Below, piece after piece: positions 1-12,800 of a stretch of DNA of 64,000 nt (position 1 is its first letter; each line of letters opens with the position of its first letter). This DNA is from Epiperipatus broadwayi (taxonomy: Eukaryota > Animalia > Onychophora). Below the pieces are notes generated by a model. It saw only the letters and a program-made list of their open reading frames with translations. It ran no database searches and was not told the origin of the DNA. The position numbers and the translations under genes are program-made. The stretch spans positions 4,092,001 to 4,156,000 of the forward strand of contig JAQFVV010000005.1 of the NCBI GenBank assembly GCA_028023455.1, read 5' to 3'.

Positions 1-424
1 AAACCTTAGAAATGAGCGTCTGAAAAAATCGTCACTAGGGACCGAAAAATATATCTAACATAGTAAAGTTAAAATGACTTTCTATCAATATATAACAGTA
101 AAACTTTAAAACTTAATAAGATCTTTGGGGTAATAGCAAAACATGGTAGTCATATATTAGATTCCAAACTATTGCAAATTTTTTTAGAAATATATGAACT
201 CATGATGTGTTTTTCACATAATATTAAAAATGTTTCTATAATTCCAATTTATAAAATAGAAAAAAAAATTATTTTTCAAGATTTTGTCAATAAATTGATT
301 TTAAAATTACAAATGAAAAATCAATCCCTAGAGATTCAATGTGGTTTTAAAAGAATCAAGCAACATTATATATATGGTTTTCGTTATTAAACAAATACAC
401 CCAAAAAATGTCTGAAAATAAAAA

Positions 425-1000
425 AATTGCCTTTATTGATTTAGTTAAGGCATTTGACTCAATTCACCAAACAGAACTATGGTACTGTTTAAAATGAATT
501 GGTTGTTCACTAAAATTGAAAGCATTTCACAGCTTCTATATGTGAAATGAAAGGAAGCATTTAAAATAAAAATATGTGTTAAATTAGGTTGTATACAATT
601 TTATTTGTTTTAACATCAATCTTTCAAAGTGTTTATAGTTAATATTATAAAGTAGGCAGCAGATATCAAGATTCTATACAGCTCTGATGGAGGAAAATTT
701 TATTTGAGCAACAGTAAAAACATATGCTGGCTTCCTGATTTAATATATATTAATAATATGCTATTTGTGATGATAAAAAAAAAGATTAAATATTTATTAA
801 TGCATTGTCTGCAGCCCTATTAAAATATTGACTTAGTAATTCAAGTTCAAAAGATTCAAAACTTTTATCAGCCAGAGATGAAAGAAATATGGGGAAAATT
901 TTTAGCTTGGATGATTGTCAACCTGAGATTTTTATAGCAGGTCTTTAAAGAGGAAGACAGACTTAGCTAATAAGGAGCAGTACAGACGTGCCGCTGATAC
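425..1000 (+). mobile_element. Decayed RTE/BovB-like non-LTR retrotransposon fragment (RT domain piece plus probable 3' region)
   Basis: From 429 the + strand reads AFIDLVKAFDSIHQTELWYCLK*IGCSLKL, matching the RTE RT motif AFIDLxKAFDxVxxxxLWxxLxxxGCP. It has an in-frame stop. The 3' boundary is approximate. Confidence 0.6.
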
Positions 1001-1293
1001 ACTTAACAAATCAAAAAATAGTTTATTTTATAAGATAGATATATATATATTGCAATTAAATTAATTGTGTATAAACCTATTATTCTACTTAATTCAACAT
1101 ATGGAAGTGAGAGCTGGATTTCCTCTTTTAAATAAATATATGTTCACTTTAAGAATACTTATAAAATTCTAAAAATATGATGAAGATATTATATGACTAA
1201 GTTTTTCTTTTTCAGTTTCTAAATATGATACTATACAAGGTATTATTGTAAAATCCACGTATTGGATTGGATATGTGAAAAAAGCAACTACTC

Positions 1294-1385
1294 TAAGACA
1301 AGCGTTGATGGCTGAGTGGTTAGCACAGCTGCCTTACAAGCAGTTATCCTGGGGTTTGCTTCCCGGCCGACGCTTTAGCACATAA
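1294..1385 (+). mobile_element. tRNA-Gly(TCC)-derived short SINE, anticodon position reads TAC
   Basis: 1302-1374 GCGTTGATGGCTGAGTGGTTAGCACAGCTGCCTTACAAGCAGTTATCCTGGGGTTTGCTTCCCGGCCGACGCT closely follows metazoan tRNA-Gly(TCC). It has a short trailer and A tail, and a 16-bp target-site duplication AAAAAAGCAACTACTC at 1278-1293 and 1386-1401. Three more copies are in the window. Confidence 0.85.
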
Positions 1386-1830
1386 AAAAAAGCAACTACT
1401 CAAAAAATATTTTACAGTGAACTTGATTATGGATATTGTGGCAGAAGTAGATACCATTTAGATTATAAAAAATGATCTCAAATATATTTTAAAGAATTGC
1501 AATATATTAATTGCTTTATTAAAAAGATGTAGCTGAGGATAGAATGCAGTGGAAAGTTATAGATAGACAGGAGTTTAAACAAACTAAAGGACTAACATGT
1601 GACAGTTGGAGAAGAATTATTATTTTATGTAATTATTTGTTTTGGCATCTCAAGATCCATTTACAATGTTTTAGATTTTTCTTTTTATCTTTGCTTTCTC
1701 TTTCTTTTTTTTTCTTTTTTTTTTTTGAAACAGGAGTGATTTCTAGTGCTTACAAATTTATCCCACATAATATCTAGTCATATATATATGCGTGTTTATG
1801 TTTAATGTGTGCGACCCAAAAACATTATTT

Positions 1831-1975
1831 TCCTGAAGACTTGTGATGATGGTATTTTAGCTGTATTTACATATTGGATTATTTCCATCATCTAATATTA
1901 AGTATTGAAAGACTTAGAAAAATATAACTTTATGTAAATTTTCCAATTACATTCAACTATTAGTAATAGCATAGA
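1831..1975 (+). repeat. Dispersed repeat family C (CTGAAGG..TGATGATGG...CCATCATC), probable Penelope-like terminal region
   Basis: The same ~130-150 nt motif recurs at ~2755 (-), 5474, 25815, 43937 and 59150 (-). It has an internal 8-bp inverted repeat GATGATGG/CCATCATC. Confidence 0.7.
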
Positions 1976-2039
1976 GGTTAGTATATACACAATGTTTTGA
2001 GTAGACAGCAAAAAGAAACATAAAAAAAAAAAACAAATT

Positions 2040-2510
2040 ATTGCTACTCTAGTGTATCCATGCAAAGCAAAATTGCAGACAAATTAAGGAAAATTTTCAA
2101 TCAGTATAATATCAGAACAGTTAGTTCTTCAGAGCCATATAACACTACGAGGAATTCTAACATTTACAAAGTCTACTTGAAATTTTGAAAAGCAAAAATG
2201 ACATCTATGAAACACCATATGAATGTGAAAGAATGTATATTGGTGATACAAGTCACTTCATTGAAAAGCAATTGCAAGAGCACAAACTGATGATTAGAAG
2301 ATAGAAAACATGTGTCTAACACAGCAGACCATGTATGTATCAATGAATATATTGTTCAATTGGGAGAATACAAAAATGTTAGAAAGGAAAAGGTACAAAG
2401 AAGAAAATTCAAAGAAGCTACTGATGACACTGGTGAATAATCCATAAGTCAACCTGGTGTGACTATCATAATGTATGAAAACCATTAATCAACTTTGCTC
2501 TTAGAAATAT
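2040..2510 (+). mobile_element. Decayed Penelope-like element, GIY-YIG endonuclease region
   Basis: 2203-2286 reads IYETPYECERMYIGDTSHFIEKQLQEHK, matching the PLE motif VYxIPCxCGxxYIGxTxRxLxxRLxEH. It is preceded by ADKLRKIFNQYNIRTV and followed by a KFKEA motif, with frameshifts and stops. Confidence 0.75.
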
Positions 2511-2566
2511 GATCAAGAGGAACCTCATAGATAAGTATATAAAATTTTCTGCTGACTGTTGCCTTT

Positions 2567-2652
2567 GGCTGGATAGCTCAGTTGGTTAGAGTGTTACTAT
2601 AAATTTAATATTATAAGGATCTAAGGGTCCAGATTTGATACCCATGCTAGTA
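2567..2652 (+). pseudogene. Degenerate tRNA-like sequence (tRNA-Ile(AAT)-like head; pseudogene or SINE head)
   Basis: GGCTGGATAGCTCAGTTGGTTAGAGTGT resembles the 5' half of tRNA-Ile(AAT) with CpG decay. The B box and anticodon arm are degraded. Confidence 0.4.
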
Positions 2653-2675
2653 CTGGCACTAGTCAGACCAGCAAC

Positions 2676-2716
2676 ACCTGAAGAAGAGAAGAGAATAATA
2701 CCTCTCAAAACATTGT
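2676..2716 (+). ncRNA. Degenerate hammerhead ribozyme remnant downstream of the PLE endonuclease
   Basis: CTGAAGA-A-GAGA...TCTC-AAAA-CATT. The core GAAA is mutated, consistent with CpG decay of CGAAACG. Confidence 0.35.
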
Positions 2717-2754
2717 ACAATTATTAACAGTTGAATATAATTAGACAATTTAAA

Positions 2755-2815
2755 TAAAGTTAAATTTTTCTAAGCCATTCAATACTTAATATTAGATGAT
2801 GGAAATAGTCCAATA
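2755..2815 (-). repeat. Family C fragment (inverted)
   Basis: TTCAATACTTAATATTAGATGATGGAAATAGTCCAATAT is the reverse complement of the family C core seen at 1870-1910. Confidence 0.6.
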
Positions 2816-3599
2816 TATAAATACAACTAAAAGACATTATTAATTTACAATATTTATTTTATTTTGATTCTTTTCTGCATGTCTATATTGAGTTAACACT
2901 AGAAATATGTTTGTTAATGGTAATAGTAATATTAATATTTTATAATTTTCAACCAATTCACGAAAATTTAAATGATCTATCATCATTATTTGTTTAAATG
3001 CTTTGCCAGTGGGGTAATCATTGATTACTCAATTTTGCAATAGATGGCGCTTGAGTAGAGCTGTTTTTGCTTATATTACATAAGCTAAGGAATTGGGTGA
3101 TTTGTTACTATTAGATTTTTTGTAGATGCTAAAATATATAGTGATTCAAAAACATATCTATGTAACTATTCAGTAGATTGATTTGGATTCAACACATTGG
3201 GTTTTTGAATTTCAGGATTTTAGTTTGAATGATAAATAAGAGTTAATATTTAGGGACTTAACAGCCATACTTATATTTTTTAATCCCAAACCTCATTGTT
3301 AAAGGTTAATTCCAAAACTAATTTGGAGATGATGATTTGAATGCAATCCTATTTAATAATTAATGATTACTCAAGCTTAGTAGACTACAAACATAACAAC
3401 ATAGTTAAAAAATTACTTGCAGAAGTCAATATGTATTTTATACCCTTCAGAGATTATACACCATTGTTAGTTTAACTGGAAAAACATAGATGTACTTGAG
3501 TTGCCATTTCAAAATCATTGTTTTTGATGGGAGTGTTATAATGTTATGAGCATAAAAATTAAAATAATATAATATCATAGTACATTATATTTGAATCAA

Positions 3600-5070
3600 T
3601 ACTTAGACTTTTTCTGTCATTTAAAGGTTATATGGTTCTTTCCCAACAAAAACCCAGGAATCAGACTCATATTTTTCCACTAGTGAAACATAATAGTAGA
3701 CATGTCAAAATTTGAACAATCTCGCTTTGGTATATTCTCCATAAAGATAATATAATTTCAGCTACACAATATAAAAACATTTTCTTAAGATCAGGTTCAT
3801 CTCATTGGAAAAAAATATTGTTTTCAGATAATTTCCAAAATAATAATAGTTTTGTTTATATAGCTCACAAACTAAAATATCAATTTAGAAAATATGAAGA
3901 TAATTTTACAGGATCTTCTATTACTATAGCAGTATCACCTATGTAAAATATTATTTAGCTTCTAAAGATCATTTTTAAATCTCTGATATTTATCATGAGC
4001 TTTAGTTTTCCCTATAAATAATGAATTTATTGATTTCTTAAAACACTCATTATACTGATATTAATCAACCTCATGTAGAATAAAAACTGCCTTCAATAAA
4101 AATGCTAATATACTTTTTTTCAATAAAGATAGCACAGTAAAATATTACTGTCTTTATGAGCTATGATACAAGTTTTCTGTTCTACTGAGTCTATAGTAAA
4201 TTTGAAGAATCAGTGATTATTGAGTAGTAAGAGAATTAATCCCCATTTTCATACTTATCTTTGGCTAATATCTTTATCAATGAGAAATTTAAAGCTAGAA
4301 GCACTCCATTATGTCTCTGGCGATCTGCTTTCAAGCTAAAATCCTGAAATTCAAAAATGCTAAAATTTTGAACACAAGACATCCAGTTTGTATCTATTAC
4401 ATAGATTTGATCTCAGAACAATAATTATATATTTTAATAACCTCAAATCTTTTCTAACACATATTTTTTCTTAAAGGTTTCAATTTTAAATCCTCACATC
4501 ATCACTGATAAAGGCAAAAGCCAAAAGCTGGTCCAAGAATAGAGATTTAAATTCTTTGCCATTTGTTATTTGCTGGTTATTTAAGCTTAATATAGATGGT
4601 GATGTAGCAGAAAGATGCTCTTAGTTTATGTTATACCATGTAATTTAAATAATCAAGTCATATTATATTGATATGCCCATTATTATCAAAAATAACCAGA
4701 AAATCTTGAAGATACTGGAATATATATATTTACTCATCTAAAGTCAAATTGATATAACTATACAAACATATTGGCTTGAGTTCAAAAGCATTGATCTTTT
4801 TTTACTCTTGGGTTATTTATATTAATACTTGACACAATTAAGGGTAATTATGATGTGAATAACTGCATTATTATTTTCAATTTTGAGTCCCAAGTCCTCA
4901 TTGATAAAAACAAAATCCAGAAATCCAGAAACCTAGTCTGGGTGTTATACATTTGCATCACTATTATCTGGTAATTTTGATTAGTCAAGCTTACTATTGA
5001 TGATGTTAGAGCATACAGATTTTCCTTTTATATAAAGGCATTGTAAATTCATTCCATTTTTGTCCAATAA
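3600..5070 (-). mobile_element. Heavily decayed non-LTR retrotransposon (endonuclease and RT remnants)
   Basis: Minus strand 3960-3901 reads IFYIGDTAIVIEDPVKL, which resembles the YADD region. Near 4840 it reads SHHNYPL, resembling the APE motif SDHxP. There are many stops and the boundaries are approximate. Confidence 0.45.
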
Positions 5071-5473
5071 TTAAAAAGTAGCTTATTAAAGATAATTGAT
5101 TATTGTCGGTATTTAGGAGTCATGTGATTTGATTTTATTTATTGAAATATATATGTATTTTAAAACCAATAATCTTAGTTTAAGTTGATATCCAAAATTT
5201 AACCGCATGTTTTATTGTGTTTTGAATTACTCTTTTTTTCCTCTTAATATCCATCCATTTTACAACTCACTATTTTCTGTCACTTACACTAGTACAGGAA
5301 CTCTATCATCTCATCGAGTCATGAATTTCTCCTGCCATTGGTCATCTTTTTGCACCAATTTTGACAATGTTATGATATACTTATGCAATCATGTTTTCTC
5401 TTTAATTATAACATAACATTTTAATCTCTAATCTTTCCTTTGTTTAACTTTTCATTCTCTTCCTTTCCATTGT

Positions 5474-5620
5474 TTGTCTAAAAGTTTGTGATGATGGTAT
5501 TGTAGTTGAAAGTATATGTTTGGCTGCTTTCATCATCTAATATTAACTGTTAAATGTTGGGAGAAAAATCAAAATTTATTCAAACTTTTCAAATACATTC
5601 AACTGTTAAATTATTGTATA
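5474..5620 (+). repeat. Family C copy
   Basis: TGTCTAAAAGTTTGTGATGATGGTATTG...TTTCATCATCTAATATTAA...AACTTTTCAAATACATTCAAC matches the other family C copies. Confidence 0.65.
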
Positions 5621-8600
5621 ACATAATATTTCAAATGGTACTGTTCTCCTATCTTATTCAAGTATTACAGTCTTATTTATTTAAATAGCTGCTAATTGTA
5701 ATAAAGATTTCTTTTGCATTATATATGCAAATGGATAGAAGAAAGCATTATCTATTTAAAGAATAGATAAATTAGATATTACCATATATAAGAAGTACTT
5801 GTCTTTTATTATGCTTAGTAATTATAGGATAGCTTTAATATAAAAATAAATATTTTTAGAAAAATTTATGCTGAAAATATATTTTAAAAAACTGCCAATA
5901 GTATTACTAAGAAATTGAGTTACAGTGAAAATATTCTTTTCCAATCTATAATAAAAAAGAAACTCAAAAGTATAAAAATACAGAAAGCTTGTTATAATGA
6001 GACTTTAAGATAATCAACATTATTTTTAGAGAGTAATCATGAATTCTTATTAGTACTGCAAAAATGTGAAATAATAAATTTTACATTTTTAAACAAAACA
6101 ATAAAACTGATAGTAGAGATAAAAAGTTTATATTAAATGCGTTTATTGACCATGCATTAAAAATAAAATAATAATTGTGTTTTAACGTCAATTTGAGGTT
6201 TTTAGATTTAACTTGAAATAACAGCATAGGTTGTCCAGAAATTAATGAAATCAATCCCTTTATATAAAAAATAGGTTGATTTAATTAATTTCTGGACCTT
6301 CTCTCTACCCATGCTTTTATTTTAAGTTAAATCTAAAAATCCCAATTGTGATTGAAGAACATTTTTTTTCTTTTTAGTGCACAGTCAATAAAAGCATTTA
6401 ATATTTCTTTAAATCTCTGTTATTTTTAAGTTTTCAGTGTTGGTACAGTAAATGAAAATCTAAAACTATATCATATTTGAAATTGGCTGAACACTTATAG
6501 TTGATATATATTGTACCAAAGTACATTGATATTTAATTAATTTTATGAGTCCCATATTTTAAAATATAAAAAAATCTAAACTTGAGAGAATAAAATGTAA
6601 AACATAAAGAACAGGGGGGAGGGCGAATTTATTATTAAATAAAAATAAACTGTAAACGCTTTTTAAAATAATAAGATTTTTTTTGTTTAAAAGAGGGAAA
6701 AAAGTATTGTAATAAAAAATGATTTTAATATTCTTTAAATGAATTTATAATAAAATAAATAAAGAGATTTTGTTTTATCTTATAATAATATAATTAAATA
6801 TATGTGCATGTGTGTGTGTGATTTTTAATAAAAAATAGAAGCAAAAGCTGATTTATTTCACGAGACCAAAGACGCTGCTGCTAATAAAGTTTTCCATTGT
6901 TTAAAACAGTATAAATAGCTCAACATTTTATTATTCTTTGGCTTGTGTGTGTGTGGTGCTTATTTCTTGAAGTAATATCTCCAAAAAAATGTTGCATTGT
7001 TAAAACCAATGTGGTGTGCAGCAAAGCTGCTCTATGCATTTAAGATCTGCAATCAGTTCAGAAAGTGATCATGTTTAAATAGACTAAACAAACAGCGGAG
7101 TGTGTGTACACCAAACCAACCACAAAAATCATACTATGTCACTGGATCTGCGGCAGAGTCATTTACTGGTCATCAATGAGTTAAAAATAATTCCATTATG
7201 CTGTTTTCATTGTATTAAAAAAATCTTAGGTAATTATTTGACTTTGATATCTTAATATTCCCGATTTCTTCTTAAAATAAAAGATAGACTTTATTAAAAG
7301 AACTTCGAACTTTATTAATTAATCTTAAAAATAAAACTTTAAACTTCAAAAGATAATATTTGCAATAATAAAAATAAGTAAAATCAGCTTTTATTATTAA
7401 ATAATATTTTGAAACAATTGCATGCACGTATGTGTGATTTGATTTTTTTTTGTTAAAAAAAGGGAACAAAAAGAGAAATAAAATATAATGCAACATGTAT
7501 ACTTTATTTGCTAAAGTAATGTATTAAAATGCTTTATTTTAATTTTTAAAAAAGAAGTGTGTGTGTTTCATTATAAGATAAAACGATTAATTTATTTTAA
7601 ATGAAAAAATACTTAAAATATCTTTCTTAAAATATTTGTTTATTTTGATACGTGTGGGTAAGTATAAATATTTATTTTTCTTAATAAAAGTAGGAGGGAA
7701 AAAACTAATTATTGATAATAGTATTTCATAAACGATTCGCTAAGTTAAAGATCTAAATGTTTCAGGAATCAGTATAATATTAGTATTATGGTTCTAAAGG
7801 ATTGAAGTATTATTTTGAATGGTTCGGGATATTATTTGTTTTTTATAAAAATAGTAGCTTCGAGGGGGCATTTAAGATACCTTTTCTTTGTCTATTAGTG
7901 GGTGGTTAGAAACTGATTGAGCTAGCGGGGATTTCAGGTACCAAATTATGCTGATCAGATAGACATGCTAATTCTAACGTAATTAGCTGGCACCTAAGGG
8001 ATTTTCTTTCTTTAAAAAATAAAATAAAGTGTTTATTTGGTCAGTGTATATTTGGTAGTCAAGCATTGAGTGTTATTGGTAGTTTGCTACTGATGATAGT
8101 TGACACTTTACCTGAAAACCAACCACTTTCTGGAAGGGAAGTTTAGGAGGACAAAGTATAATAAAATATTAATTGATATTTTTTTTGTCGATAGTTGTTG
8201 TTGTTTCCCATATTTAATTGGTAATTTTAGTTGTAGTTGAGAGGCAGTTGGTTCAATATATATATTTATATATATTACTAGATATTTCTGTTATAAATTA
8301 AAATGTTTACCCTTATGTATATATTCTATTTAATATGTGTACATTATAATATATGGGTATATAAGTGATTAAAAATATGAAATATTACTTTAAGGAAAAA
8401 GTGTTTAACATTTTTACCTGTATTTGGAAATTTTTTTTTAAAAAAAAGCTTACCAAAACTATATTGTACATGAACTTAACTTAATATATATATAATTTTA
8501 GTTTAAATCAATTTCACACATATAGTGTGTATATATCAATAGATATTTCTGCAGTAATTTAATATGTAGACTATTTATGTATATATCATATTTAGTATGG

Positions 8601-9187
8601 GTACATAATTGTATATGCATATGAAATCAGTAAATAATAATTTTGATTAAAATTCCTTACATTTTATTCTTTTATGTTTAAAAAATGTTATAAAATTGAA
8701 AGAAAAAACATCTTTATACCACCCTTTAGCAAGTTAACAAATAAACAAACAAACAGATTTTTAACTTCAATAAAGGCATTTAAAAATTTATTAAAAACCA
8801 ATTAATTCTAAGTTCAAGATCAGGACTGAATGCATTGTAACCTCTGATGTTCAATTTGTCATCTTTTAGAAATTATCAATAATATACCTAAAATAATTAA
8901 GATACAAAATCAAAGGATTATGTAAAAATTAGATACCAAAAATTATCAAAATGTTTAATTAACAAATATAATGGGTACACCACAATGACCCTTTAATGAA
9001 AAAATGCTACAATATGGTATTCTACATCAAAATGTCATGTGTATAATGTTTGGTAGCTTCTGGAATTAATCAGAATGTCTGACTTTATAGTTGACATCAA
9101 TTTTAGTTTATCTGTTTGTATCGTTAACAGTCAAAATAATTTTTTAAACTATGCATTTTGATTGGGGTAATTTTGACCATATATATA

Positions 9188-9660
9188 ATAATCAAAATAT
9201 TCTAGAGTAAATACTAAAAAATTGCATATGCCTATATAAAACACAAATAAAATCTTTGCTGTAGCCAGTTTATAGCATTTTCTACAATGGCAGAAAATGC
9301 TATAAGCTGGCTATAGCAAAAATTTTATTTGTATTTTATATAGGCATATGACATTTTTTATTGTTCATACTAGAATATTTTTATATTTCTTTTGTTTGAT
9401 ATTATATATTTTTTCTGGAATATCTACAATAGCTTATATTAATATTGTTGTTTAATGGTTAATAATTGATCAGTGAATGAATTATAAATGTTTAATTAAA
9501 CTTTATCAGAGGATTGGATTTTTAAAATGATTGGTACTCAAGATGGCTGAAAATGCCATAAGCTGGCTGTAGCAAAGATTTTTTTGTATTTTATATAGAC
9601 ATATGGAATTTTTTAATATTTACTCTAAAATATTTTGATTATTGTGTTTATTTCATTTGT
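9188..9660. repeat. Foldback element: inverted arms ~9188-9288 and ~9292-9390, plus a third arm at ~9535-9660
   Basis: CATATGCCTATATAAAACACAAATAAAATCTTTGCTGTAGCCAGTTTATAGCATTTT pairs with AAAATGCTATAAGCTGGCTATAGCAAAAATTTTATTTGTATTTTATATAGGCATATG. A third similar arm lies ~150 nt downstream. Confidence 0.8.
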
Positions 9661-10570
9661 TATTATATGTATATATTAATGAAAAAGAAATATTAAGTCA
9701 GTGTTAAAATTCAGTAAAATTTATTGCACCAAGTATACTTTCGATGCTTTTGTGTCATATTTATAAATACATGAAAGCAGTCCATACTTAAACCATACCA
9801 ATATCAATAACAATCAACAACCATAATCTGCTGTCAAGGCATCATTTTTTTTACAATAAAGGTGGATACCTAGCATTATCTGTTGTTCAATATATTTATA
9901 TAGACACTAAATATATGTATGCATAATTATGTATCATAAATTGGCAAAACATAGTGAAAAAGATAAATATTATAGATATTAAAGAGTTTATGCTTTTCAA
10001 TTTTTATTATTATATTTTTTGTTTAAATAGTTGTGATTGATAACTTTATTCTTGGTTGCATGCCTGTAACAGAACCCTCTTTCATACATACTAAAGTGAA
10101 TGAAATACTAAAACTAAGTACATTTGTTCCAGCATTCACATTTCTTATAAGTAGATTTTATAGCTATTTGAACAAAAATATAAATAACATTAAGAAATTA
10201 TAAAAATCTCTCTTCTGTTACACTTGCTTTGAAACACATTAGTGAAAACTTCGGAAAAAGTAGTCATTTAGTTCTTATATATGACGGGAAAAAATGAATT
10301 AAGTTTAAAAATACCATTGTGTTTAATAAAATTAAAACCTATTAATATTTAATTAAAATTCAAGTTTATATTTGGATTAAAAATTATATATAATATCTGG
10401 CCTAATCATCTTTCCTCAGACAATAAATAAATAATTCTTCAAATGTTAGAAAAGATCAACTATTCTTGATCTTGGTTAAACATTTAAAATGTTATTTACT
10501 TACAGCTTGAGGGAAAATGGTCTGTTCCTTTAACTGCATACATTAATTATGCTAATTTTATATTTATAAT

Positions 10571-10600
<30 letters not shown>
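10571..10600. repeat. (TA)n(TG)n compound microsatellite
   Basis: TATATATATA followed directly by (TG)10. Confidence 0.9.
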
Positions 10601-10601
<1 letters not shown>

Positions 10602-10777
10602 TGTACATAGTTATACTAGGCTACATATCCCGATGTTAGAGTTGCAGATTCAGATGCACAAGTTTCTGAATCGATTTCCAGCTGGATAAAAAACCAATTT
10701 ATTTTAATTTGGTCGATTATACCAAATTTAGATGCTTACCGCCATTCTTTATGCTTACATAAACTATTTGCACAGAA

Positions 10778-10925
10778 GTTAAACTCTCCATATAGTAGCA
10801 GCCACTCAATGCAAATCAGCATGCAAGAAGGTTTGGGCATAAAATTCCTATCTAGTGCCTACTCATCCAATATCCCCAGACTAGTTTCTTGCTTGTGGCT
10901 TTCATCAGTGAGAAGCCTTGGATTT
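10778..10925 (-). mobile_element. Family B hammerhead-bearing repeat, fragment
   Basis: Reverse complement of the segment at 41550-41700. The minus strand at 10913-10874 reads CTGATGA-AAGC-CACAA-GCAA-GAAA-CTAG-TC-TGGGG, with stem II partly broken. Confidence 0.8.
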
Positions 10926-12399
10926 AATTGAATGCTTACTATTTTATTACTTGCTGCATTTTAAGTAGTTGGTCATACAATTCAATAATTTATATTTCTA
11001 ACAACATATGGAATAAGAATGCTATAGGATAATTTGAATTAATAATTATTTATTTAACACATATGGTATCTTTTAATATTGAAATCAGTTTTTAAATTAA
11101 TTTTGTTAGTAGAAGTGGTATTAACTTTAGAAATCAAATACAATTCGATAATATTTTTTTCTTAATAAAGTGCTTATGTTTTATTATATATTCACGTCTA
11201 TTAACTGAAATAAATACTCAATATGACTTCTTTAATTCATGTAACATTTGTATAAAATAAATCTTACGAAACATTGCTAACTGTCCCGAATGATTTTCAA
11301 ACAACAGAAATTTTTTTTGATATGCTGGTTTATATTTCTGAGTAAAATACACATAATCTAAGGTAAAATGAAAATTAAAGATAATTTTTTTAGATAAGAT
11401 CATTTTATAGCTATACCAGGAAGCCTATTAATATTGATCAGAAAATGGGTGTCTGGATATTTGTTATCGTAGAATAAAATAAATAACATCAACTAAATCA
11501 GTTAAACAAATTTTATTTTTAAATAAAAAAATAAAAAAAGTACAGCTATAAATATGATGAACCTTTTGCTACTGACAGGACAGGAGATATTTATCTATTA
11601 AACATGTAGTTTATTTCAAAAGTAAAATGGCTAATTCTGGAGCTCAAAGTCTAAGGTTGCTGTCCAGCGCTTTCATTTCCCATACTCAAAATTTTTTTAT
11701 GAACTCCCGAACAATAAATAAATCATTCAATAATTTTATTAAGTTTATGGCTTATATTATCTTGTACATATATGTAATTCTGATATATGTTAAACAGCAA
11801 TTCATACACATGTATGCCCACAGACACATAAAACTTAATGCGTTTGTATGTATGTTTTGTTACTTGATTTAGTAGGTCAGTAAAAAATAAAATCTGTAGA
11901 GTTTTCTGAGAGAAAGCCGATAAGAAATATTTATCTTTTACGAATTTTCTTTTCTTAGAGCACGGTTCCACATCAGAAAAGATTCTGCTTAAAGAGTCTC
12001 AGAGCAGCGAGTAATAAAAGACTTGGTAACGGACTCAGAAAGTGGAAATTACGCATGACTACGCACGGAAGAGTAGTTCAAAATGATTTTAGCAGACTTC
12101 CAAAAACCACTTTCAAATAAAGATTTATTTTATTTAGAATCATTAAAAATCCACAAATGTCTTTTCACCATTATAAACAGCTTTTCTTCTTAAAAGTTTA
12201 TAAAAGTATTAGTCCAATGTGTTAATCTGTGTTAAAAGAAGAATTTCGTTTTAAAGTATGGGGAACGGGGTATGCACAATGCCGCTATAAATGTGGTAAC
12301 TGATCTTGGTAAAAATTGTATAAACATATACCTAATCTTTGTAACAAGTAGAAATATTTTTTATGTAAGATTTAAAGAATAAGACACTGATGATAAGTA

Positions 12400-12800
12400 A
12401 ATAGCACGATTAAATAACAGTAAAAGAGGCAATGAATATATAAATAAAATATTCTGAAATAGAGCAATAAAAAAATACAACATACATGAAAACCTGGAAT
12501 TTGATGGCAGAAAATAAAAGAATATTAAAAGCCTGATAATTGATAAAGCATGCAGATATCATGATAAACAGAATTTGAAATGAAAACACTACGAAATAAA
12601 AGATAATATATATAAAATTTACTAGAAAGTGTAAAAGAAAATATCTGGTATAGCCATATTCAAAAAATGAATAATAGTAGGCTATCAAAGCAGATATTAC
12701 AAGAAAAATATCAAAGGCAAAGAAACACTGAAGAGATGGGTACAAAAAATAAACTAAAAAATACAGTCTGAGAAACAATAAGAGCAATAGAATAACAAAA
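12400..12800 (+). mobile_element. Decayed 3' end of an RTE-like LINE ORF2
   Basis: The + strand near 12646 reads WYSHIQKMNNSRLSKQIL, matching the RTE C-terminal motif WxGHxxRMxxxRLxKQI. The 170-aa minus-strand ORF here is its antisense shadow. Confidence 0.5.

Noticed and set aside
1302-1374. Functional tRNA-Val(TAC) gene
   Set aside because: The body is tRNA-Gly-like, the T loop is non-canonical (TTTGCTT), an acceptor-stem pair is broken, and it is flanked by a TSD and A tail, so it is a retroposed copy.
10620-10745. Short spliced ORF on the minus strand (58-nt intron, MALEIDSETCASESATLTSGYVA)
   Set aside because: Only 23 codons, the upstream part runs into a family B repeat, and no homology is recognised.
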